Shown here piece by piece: positions 20,501 through 27,174 of a stretch of DNA of 37,343 nt. A model generated the notes under the pieces. The model was not told where the DNA came from. It was given only the letters and a program-made list of their open reading frames with translations, and ran no database searches. Source of the DNA: Burkholderiales bacterium (GTDB lineage: Bacteria; Pseudomonadota; Gammaproteobacteria; Burkholderiales; JAEUMW01); assembly GCA_040507665.1 (NCBI GenBank), contig JBEVOI010000182.1, positions 1-37,343 of the forward strand. The letters run 5' to 3'. Position 1 is the first letter of the stretch, and each line of letters opens with the position of its first letter. The translations under genes and the position numbers were made by a program.

Positions 20501-20565
20501 GAGCGGAACTCGAGTCGATTCCCTACCCGATGAAACGATTCCCGGCTAACGCCCGAGCTTGGTGC

Positions 20566-21348
20566 ATGATTTCCAGGCGCCCGCACCCACTCGCAGCACG
20601 CGGATTCACACTCGTCGAGATGGCGGTGGTCCTGGTTGTGGTCGCGTTGGTGCTCGGTAGTCTGCTCGTGCCGCTCGCAAGCCAGGTCGAGCAGCGCAGG
20701 ATCGATAACACCGCCCAGACGCTCGAACAGGCCCGGGATGCACTGCTCGCATTCGCCGCCGCTCGAGGCCGACTGCCATGCCCCGCCGGGACCGCAAATG
20801 GTCAGGAGGTATTGACCACCAACGCTGCAGCCGGCGACTGTGCAAACTTCTGGGGATACCTGCCTGCGGCGACCCTCGGGCTAAGTCCGCTCGATGCGGA
20901 CGGCTATGCGCGCGATGGGTGGGGTTTGGACCAGAACCGCATTCGTTACGCGGTTCGGAACGCAACCGTCGGCGGGCAGACATTCGTCTTCACGAAGACT
21001 GGGGGCATCAAGGCTGCAGGAATGCCTGCCTTCAACAGCTGGCAGTTCCTCTACGTGTGCAATAGCGGGAGCGGCGTAACGGCCGGCTCCGACTGCGGCT
21101 CTGCGTTCACTCTGACAAGCGAGGCGGTGGCAGTGATCTGGGCAGTAGGACCCAATGCGGCGCTCCCAATGGGAGGCGCAAGTACTGACGAAGCAGAAAA
21201 CCCGAATCCTAACGGGGGGAGTGCGGATCGAATCTTCGTGAGTCGCCCCCGCGCTACCGGGACCGCCGCGGAGTATGACGATCAGATGGTCTGGGTTACG
21301 CCGCCGATTCTCTTCCAGCGCATGATCGCCGCAGGTCAACTACCCTGA
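20566..21348 (+). CDS. Type IV minor pilin / pseudopilin
   Basis: ARG|FTLVEMAVVLVVVALVLG prepilin motif; GRLPCPA, GYLPAATLGL, DGWG..NRIRYAV, YDDQMVWV. Start uncertain (20530 or 20566). Confidence 0.9.
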   Translation: MISRRPHPLAARGFTLVEMAVVLVVVALVLGSLLVPLASQVEQRRIDNTAQTLEQARDALLAFAAARGRLPCPAGTANGQEVLTTNAAAGDCANFWGYLPAATLGLSPLDADGYARDGWGLDQNRIRYAVRNATVGGQTFVFTKTGGIKAAGMPAFNSWQFLYVCNSGSGVTAGSDCGSAFTLTSEAVAVIWAVGPNAALPMGGASTDEAENPNPNGGSADRIFVSRPRATGTAAEYDDQMVWVTPPILFQRMIAAGQLP

Positions 21349-23048
21349 TTCATGGGTGCGAGTTCGAAACAAACGCGCCCTTTCTCGTTCTCCGCAATCG
21401 TCAGCCGGTACCCCAGTTGCTCCGCCTGTTTCGCCGCCTGATACAGTCCGATCCCGAGCCCGGTCTGAGAATTGACCGGTCCGCTGAACAGGTGTGTCGC
21501 CACTGACAGCCCGATCGGGCTTCCGTCGTCGCACACCCGCAGCGAGGAACCCGGTCCGCCGTTCGACAAGTTCGCGGAGATTCGCAGACCCGGCTCGTTC
21601 TTGGCCTTGTTCAGCGCGTTCTCGATTAGATTCTCCGCAACGCTGCTGAAGAGGTCGCCGGGCAATTCGCCTCCCTTCTCTCGGGAAGCGACGCCGAATT
21701 CGATGTTGCTGTCCGCGTAACGCTGCTTCAACTGTTCCCACCAAGCCGTTGCATCCACCATCTCGCTGCGGGAACGGCTCGGCGCCTGCAGCTTATCCAA
21801 GGTAATCTGCAAGCGCTGGGCAATCTGCGGGAGCTGACGTTGCATGAGCGCTTGCAGCTTCTCCGGCTGATGTCCGTTGCTGTACTCCACCGCCGAGCAG
21901 AGAGATTTAAGCGACTGGAGCAGATTCTTGACGTCGTGGGTGAGGCGCGCGCCCGTTTCGAAAATCGCCTGGTGATAGGCGTTCTGCCGTTGCTGCTGCT
22001 CGCGCCACTTCGCTTCGTGAAAATAGCCGAGGAGCTGCGCAAGAAGCTTGAGATGGATCATTAGCGCGGGGCTTAAGGACCAGCGCGTATAGATGTCGAG
22101 CCTGAGCTCCTTGAGCGCAAACTCGGCGTGAAACTTGGATTCGGTTCCGACCTGGCCTTCGCCTTGGGGCGTCTGCCAGCGAACGCCCGCCACCCAAGGC
22201 AGATCCGACATATCCTCCAGGGCGAGGGTAAGGAAGCGCGCTGGTTGAGGCTCCCGTTGTGCGTGCTCGGCGAGATTGCGCATCCAGACCTCAAACGGGA
22301 GTCCGATCGTGAGGAAATAGCGCGAGACGAGATACTTTGCGCCGGCAAATCCGCTGTGAGGGTTCCAGAGCCAACTGAGCGCCATTAGCATGAAAGCGAT
22401 CACGAGCAGCGTCCGCGCGAGCGCGCTCGCATATTCGTCGCCGCTTACAACCTTCAGTACAAAACTCCCGAGCACGAGTGCGGCGACCAGCAGAAACAAG
22501 AGAATGCTGTATAGCAGGTCGACCGCCACCGGCGCCGTCGTCCGGTCGGGTTCTACCTTGATCGGGAGCATCCCGAGGAGCAAGGCCGGCAGCGCGAACC
22601 GAACTAACATCACGATGACTTGAGGAAAGGTCTCGCCGTCGAACAGGTGCGGGACGACCCACATGAGCAAGACGGCGAGGAGGTAAAGGGCGGCGAGAAA
22701 GCCTATCAGGCGCTGGGGACCGCGACGACTTCCGGCAATGCTGCCGCCGATAAGCGCGAACAGAAGGGCGATCCAGACGGCCATCAGCCACCAGTTGCTC
22801 CAAACCACGAAAAGCAACCCAACGCCGACGACAACAAAGGCTTGAAAGAAATCCAGCTTGCGATCGCCGAGCCAAACTGGCTGCCAGAGCAGGAAGAATC
22901 CGAAGTGGGCAAGAAGGAACGCACGCGACCACGATTCGGCGATTTCAAAGGCGAGAGAAGCGTGGAGCGCGAGCAGCATCAACGCCAGAAAGCGCGTTGC
23001 GTGACTGCGGGTGAATGGCGCCTGCGGAAGGGTGGCCTGGGTGTTCAA
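21336..23048 (-). CDS. Membrane sensor histidine kinase, PrsK-like
   Basis: About 8 N-terminal hydrophobic segments; H-box ARLTHDVKNLL; N-box ENLIENAL; G1 VCDDGSPI (degenerate); G2 GLGIGLYQ. Confidence 0.88.
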   Translation of the reverse strand: MNTQATLPQAPFTRSHATRFLALMLLALHASLAFEIAESWSRAFLLAHFGFFLLWQPVWLGDRKLDFFQAFVVVGVGLLFVVWSNWWLMAVWIALLFALIGGSIAGSRRGPQRLIGFLAALYLLAVLLMWVVPHLFDGETFPQVIVMLVRFALPALLLGMLPIKVEPDRTTAPVAVDLLYSILLFLLVAALVLGSFVLKVVSGDEYASALARTLLVIAFMLMALSWLWNPHSGFAGAKYLVSRYFLTIGLPFEVWMRNLAEHAQREPQPARFLTLALEDMSDLPWVAGVRWQTPQGEGQVGTESKFHAEFALKELRLDIYTRWSLSPALMIHLKLLAQLLGYFHEAKWREQQQRQNAYHQAIFETGARLTHDVKNLLQSLKSLCSAVEYSNGHQPEKLQALMQRQLPQIAQRLQITLDKLQAPSRSRSEMVDATAWWEQLKQRYADSNIEFGVASREKGGELPGDLFSSVAENLIENALNKAKNEPGLRISANLSNGGPGSSLRVCDDGSPIGLSVATHLFSGPVNSQTGLGIGLYQAAKQAEQLGYRLTIAENEKGRVCFELAPMNQGS

Positions 23049-23102
23049 TTTGTCAGAACGCTTGTTGCATGCGCAGCCGCGCGAAACGCGTCACGGCGGC
23101 CG

Positions 23103-23114
23103 ATTCTATATAAT
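23103..23114. promoter_or_regulatory. Back-to-back putative -10 elements for the divergent kinase and permease genes
   Basis: ATTCTATATAAT: TATAAT on plus (23109-23114) and TAGAAT on minus (23108-23103) in an AT-rich patch; no convincing -35 boxes. Confidence 0.35.
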
Positions 23115-23145
23115 TTGTGGCTTTAGTCAGCAATCGGCGTTCCAC

Positions 23146-23916
23146 ATGTTGCATCAAATCATCATTATCAGTCGCTTCGTGATACTTGAGGCATGGCGGA
23201 CGCGCCTGCCATGGATCATCGTGACAGCTCTCGCCGTCGCAGCCGGTATCAGCATGTTTGTCAAGGAATTGGCGATCACCGAGAGCAACAGGGTCGAGGT
23301 TGCATTCTTAGCCGAATTGGCACGCCTCTCGGGGGTATTCATCACCGCCCTGTATGTCGTGAGCACCATGGCTCGCGAGTTCAATGATCGCGTCGCGGAT
23401 CTCACTCTGTCGCTGGAGTTGCCGCGCGCGTCCTACGTCCTCGGCAAGCTCGTTGGGTACGGCACCGTCACGATCGCCATCTCAGTGGCGGCCGGGATGC
23501 TACTCTTGCCATTCGCTCACGGAACCGGCCTTCTCACTTGGACCTTGTCTTTGGTGCTCGAGCTGTGGGTCGTGGTGGCACTGAGTCTATTTTGCATCAT
23601 CACCTTCAATCAAGTGATGCCGGCCGCTAGCTTCGTTCTCGCCTTTTATGTTCTTGCCCGCTCCGTCGGTGCCATGCAACTCATCGGCTCCTCGCCACTA
23701 CTTTCCAACGAAGGACTCACTCACCGCTTCACGCAGGGGCTGTTGAATGCCCTCGCGTATGCGCTGCCCGGGCTTGACCGTTTCACTCAAACCAGTTGGC
23801 TGGCGGACGGTGGTGCCAACTTGGGCAGCGTTGGCATCGCCCTTGGGCAGACCGTCGTTTACGTACTCCTACTGGTAGCCGCAGCCCTGTTTGATTTCCA
23901 CAGGAAAAATTTCTGA
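23146..23916 (+). CDS. ABC-2 type permease, PilI-like
   Basis: Six hydrophobic segments; REFNDR...LSLELPRASYVLGKLVG motif typical of ABC-2 permeases; ends AAALFDFHRKNF. ATG at 23146. Confidence 0.8.
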   Translation: MLHQIIIISRFVILEAWRTRLPWIIVTALAVAAGISMFVKELAITESNRVEVAFLAELARLSGVFITALYVVSTMAREFNDRVADLTLSLELPRASYVLGKLVGYGTVTIAISVAAGMLLLPFAHGTGLLTWTLSLVLELWVVVALSLFCIITFNQVMPAASFVLAFYVLARSVGAMQLIGSSPLLSNEGLTHRFTQGLLNALAYALPGLDRFTQTSWLADGGANLGSVGIALGQTVVYVLLLVAAALFDFHRKNF

Positions 23917-23923
23917 CTCCGCG

Positions 23924-24658
23924 ATGAGGCACCGCGAGCAGCGCTCTTGGAAGACGGTGCCGAGGCCGGTGCTAGCAACCCTGGGGATCGGGTTGGCTCT
24001 GCAGATCGGTTGGCATGCAGTACAGCCGAGCCCCAAGGCGCGCGCCGAGGACCTCGGGACACCACCTCCTGCAATTGTGCTCCGTGCAGCGAGCCTCGGC
24101 GATCCTATCTTTCTGGCATACGCGCTGTTGCTGCGGCTCCAGGCGTTCGACAACCAGCCAGGCATCAGTATCCCATTTAAGGATCTCGACTACCCCAGGG
24201 TTATCGATTGGCTAGATGCTCTTCTCACGCTTGATCCCTTGAGCCAATACCCACTGTTGCTGGCCTCGACCGTATACGCGCAGGTGCCCGACGAGGCGAA
24301 GCGAAGGCTGATGCTCGACTTCGCCTATCGCCGCTTCATGGAAGATCCTGTGCGCCGTTGGCCGTGGCTCGCCCACGCCTCCGTCATGGCAAGACATCGC
24401 TTGCAGGACCTGCCGCTTGCTCTTAAGTACGCGCAAGCAATCGCAGATCACGCGCGCGATCCTTCCGTGCCTTCATGGGCTCGACAGATGCACATTTTCC
24501 TGCGCGAGGAAATGGGGGAGCATGAGGCGGCAAAGATCCTTCTCGGGGGTCTGCTTGCGAGCGGGACTATCCAGGATCCCCACGAAGCCGCGTTTCTGCT
24601 GCAACGACTTGAAGCGCTTGAGAAAGCTGAAAAGTCGCCAAATACGCCGAAAAGGTGA
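23924..24658 (+). CDS. Membrane-anchored helical/TPR-like protein, PilG (Myxococcus)/XapA-like ABC accessory
   Basis: N-terminal TM; LRAASLG...LLLRLQAFD, LDALLTLDPLSQYP, DPVRRWPWL; lies between the permease and the pilin. Confidence 0.6.
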   Translation: MRHREQRSWKTVPRPVLATLGIGLALQIGWHAVQPSPKARAEDLGTPPPAIVLRAASLGDPIFLAYALLLRLQAFDNQPGISIPFKDLDYPRVIDWLDALLTLDPLSQYPLLLASTVYAQVPDEAKRRLMLDFAYRRFMEDPVRRWPWLAHASVMARHRLQDLPLALKYAQAIADHARDPSVPSWARQMHIFLREEMGEHEAAKILLGGLLASGTIQDPHEAAFLLQRLEALEKAEKSPNTPKR

Positions 24659-24843
24659 CGATGGCGCAAGCATCGTGGTTCCTGATGCGTGCCCGGTTGA
24701 TTAAAGTTGTGGTAATCAGCCAATCTCACCAGGGTCGGACAGAAAGCAGCATTCCAGCTATCGTCGCCACCTTTTGTGCGCGCGTTGCATTCCGGCAGGC
24801 CTATAGACCGCTCTGTCCGCCGTTTCCCCGGCGCAAGGCTCGT

Positions 24844-24859
24844 CGGCATGCTCCTTGCG
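24844..24859 (+). promoter_or_regulatory. Putative sigma54 (-24/-12) promoter of the major pilin
   Basis: CGGCATGCTCCTTGCG: GG(24845-46)-N10-GC(24857-58), close to TGGCACG-N4-TTGC; about 40 nt before ATG 24900, which has an AGGGA RBS. Confidence 0.75.
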
Positions 24860-24899
24860 AGGACCGCCAAGACCCAACTTTGCTCTCAGGGAATTTCAA

Positions 24900-25592
24900 A
24901 TGAGAAAACAGGCAGGCTTTACGTTGATCGAGATCGCGATCGTGTTGGTGATCATCGGTCTCCTTCTCGGTGGCATCCTGAAAGGTCAGGAACTGATCAC
25001 CGGCGCGAAGGTGCGCAACCTGATTTCCCAGGTCGACGGAGTCAAGGCCGCCTTCTTTGGTTTCCAGGACCGCTATCGTGCCTATCCTGGGGACTATTCA
25101 CAAGCCGCGGCCAATATTGCCGGCGTAACGGCCGGGGGGAACGGTAACGGCCGGGTAGAGGCGATTGGCACGTCTGGGACGACCACGCCGGAAGAGCTTC
25201 TTGTGTGGGACCACCTTTCGCACGCGGGATTCATCACTGGCACCTATACCGCGACGAGTAGCACCGCCGCATCGAGCCCCGCCACGAACCCCGCCAATCC
25301 CTACAACGTGCTCATCCAACTTATCTACGACACCGGGTATGCAGAGGGCACCAGCGCGAGCGCTGGCGTGAGCCGTCACAACGTAAAGACCGGTAGTCAG
25401 GTTCCCGTGGAGATCATGGCTGAGGTAGACCGAAAGGTCGACGATGGACGCGCCAACACCGGTGGTTTTCGCGGCTCCATTTACTCGGGTGGCGGCGGCA
25501 TCGGCACCAGCACGGGGTCATGCTGGGATAATGGCGGCAACTGGCGTACGACCAGTGGAGAAGCGAACTGCGGCGGCGCGAGCCTCCTCTGA
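24900..25592 (+). CDS. Probable major type IV pilin
   Basis: MRKQAG|FTLIEIAIVLVIIGLLLGGILKGQELI; own promoter and terminator; C-terminal Cys pair (GSCWD...ANCGGASLL). Confidence 0.92.
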   Translation: MRKQAGFTLIEIAIVLVIIGLLLGGILKGQELITGAKVRNLISQVDGVKAAFFGFQDRYRAYPGDYSQAAANIAGVTAGGNGNGRVEAIGTSGTTTPEELLVWDHLSHAGFITGTYTATSSTAASSPATNPANPYNVLIQLIYDTGYAEGTSASAGVSRHNVKTGSQVPVEIMAEVDRKVDDGRANTGGFRGSIYSGGGGIGTSTGSCWDNGGNWRTTSGEANCGGASLL

Positions 25593-25617
25593 TCCGACCC
25601 TACAGAATTTACCTTCG

Positions 25618-25650
25618 AAAAGAGCCCGCGACCGCGCGGGCTCTTTTTTT
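25618..25650 (+). terminator. Rho-independent terminator (possibly bidirectional)
   Basis: AAAAGAGCCCGCG-ACCG-CGCGGGCTCTTTT perfect 13-bp inverted repeat with a T7 tract, 25 nt after the pilin stop. Confidence 0.92.
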
Positions 25651-25689
25651 GCCAAAGCAGGACCGACAGCAACCGATTCGGCGATCGCC

Positions 25690-26430
25690 ATGTTGAGAGT
25701 AACGACGCGCAAGCGCCGAGGGCAAAACTGCACGGAAGGAACGCAGAGGGGTTTTACCATTCTAGAAATGGCGATCGTCCTGGTCGTCATTGGCATCCTT
25801 GTTGGCGGCGTTCTGCTGGGGCAGGAACTCATTCTGACCGCCAGGGCACGCAGCCTGATCAACCAGCAGGAAGAACTGCGCGTCGCGTTCTTCAACTTTC
25901 AGGATCGCTACCAATTTCCCCCGGGCGATTACAGCGAGGCCATAGCGCATATTGGTGCTACCCGGAATGGGGATGGTGACGGCCGCATCGAGGGAACCCG
26001 CGAGGGCGGGACCGAGAACATCCTCGTCTGGGAGCACCTTTCGCGGGCGGGATTCATCGGGGGACGCTTCACGTACTCGGCAGCGCCACCGTTCGACAAC
26101 GCCATACCGAGGAGTCCCTTCGGCCCCTTCTTGGATATCGCCTTCGACAACTGGCACGGCGATCCCGCCGCAACCAATCGCAAGATCCACAATATCAAGA
26201 CCGGAAACGGGATTCCGGCCGCCATCCTGGGGGAGGTGGATCTCAAGATCGACGATAGCAAGGCGCTAGCGGGAAGCTTCCAATTTTCCGATTTTAGGAT
26301 CGATGGCGTGCCCTTGATCGCCCTCGGCGCGGGACCCGCATGCGTGAACGACGATTCAGCATCGTTCGGCACCTGGAACGTGGCCACCACCCCATCAGCC
26401 ACGAACTGCGGCGGCGCAACCCTGCTCTAA
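25690..26430 (+). CDS. Second type IV pilin, paralog of 24900-25592
   Basis: ...TQRG|FTILEMAIVLVVIGILVGGVLLGQELI; shares FQDRY..PGDYS.A, VW.HLS.AGFI.G, HN.KTG, EVD.K.DD, NCGGA.LL with the upstream pilin. Confidence 0.9.
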   Translation: MLRVTTRKRRGQNCTEGTQRGFTILEMAIVLVVIGILVGGVLLGQELILTARARSLINQQEELRVAFFNFQDRYQFPPGDYSEAIAHIGATRNGDGDGRIEGTREGGTENILVWEHLSRAGFIGGRFTYSAAPPFDNAIPRSPFGPFLDIAFDNWHGDPAATNRKIHNIKTGNGIPAAILGEVDLKIDDSKALAGSFQFSDFRIDGVPLIALGAGPACVNDDSASFGTWNVATTPSATNCGGATLL

Positions 26431-26459
26431 CAGTGGCTCTGGCCTCTGTAGCACTCGCC

Positions 26460-26848
26460 TCACCCCTGAAGCAACTTAGATTCCGAAGCCGCAAGGCACT
26501 CCTCGGTGCCGGGCACAGATGACGTCGCCTTCCTCGAGCACTGTGTCCGGCGACGGCGATCAGCTGCGCACGCGGCGCTTCCTTCTGTACCGACGTCACC
26601 TCCACCTCCAATGCCTGAAGGTCGAGTTCGCCGATCCGGCGGCAGATCGCGAGGGTCGCAGAAAAGCAAACGAGCGCTACTGCGTTTGTGATTCGCATGA
26701 GGTCTCGTCCGCCTAGTCGCTTGCGCCGCGGAAAGGCCGCGGATCGGCCGCAGCGTTGGGCACGCGTTTCCCAAATCCGGCGCTGTACAAGATTGAACTG
26801 GACACCGGCGAGCATCAGGGTCTGGGTCGACGGCATCAGGCTGCCCTC
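26460..26848 (-). pseudogene. 3' remnant of CPA2 (Kef-type) monovalent cation/H+ antiporter with RCK/TrkA-C tail, multiple frameshifts
   Basis: Stitching minus-strand frames gives EGSLM.STQTLMLAGV..N.V.RRI.ETRAQR / RGL(F)RGASD / IGELDLQALEVEVTSV / PSPDTVLEEGDVI / GTEECLAASESKLLQG*, matching my recollection of the C-terminus of betaproteobacterial CPA2 proteins found divergent from kdsD. Confidence 0.75.
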
Positions 26849-26872
26849 GTGTCCGTGTAACTCACTCGGGGG

Positions 26873-27059
26873 ATGCCGCTTTCCTACGATTCGCTGCAGA
26901 TCGTACTTGTCACTTGCGCGGGTCGCGCCGCTTCAGCGCATCGGAGTGGCCTGGCGATGCAGATCCACAACATCGCGGTGCAGTCGATGGGCACCGCTTC
27001 GCAGGGCGTAATCTGCGGTTACGGTCGTGGCGGCCAGAAACCTTGTTCGCCTGCTATAG
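26873..27059 (+). pseudogene. Inverted 5'/central fragment of the same CPA2 antiporter gene
   Basis: Plus-strand frames give YDSLQIVLV / RRFSASEW / LAMQIHNIAVQSM....VICGYGRGGQ / NLVRLL*: an N-terminus-like peptide joined to the RCK-N GxGxxG motif, with the TM domain missing. Confidence 0.68.
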
Positions 27060-27174
27060 ACGGGCGGCATTGCGCTGCGGCCCATTCCGTGTGGAGGGTG
27101 CGCGTTTCGTGCTGTGGCGACGATCAGATAACTGATAGTATTCGGAAATTTACCTCATTCCAGAACGGCATCTC

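Noticed and set aside
24900-26430. Possible conductive (e-pilus) interpretation because of the Geobacter-like ABC neighbours
   Set aside because: The pilins are long (about 225 aa mature), not the truncated type, and no multiheme cytochrome genes are present in the window.
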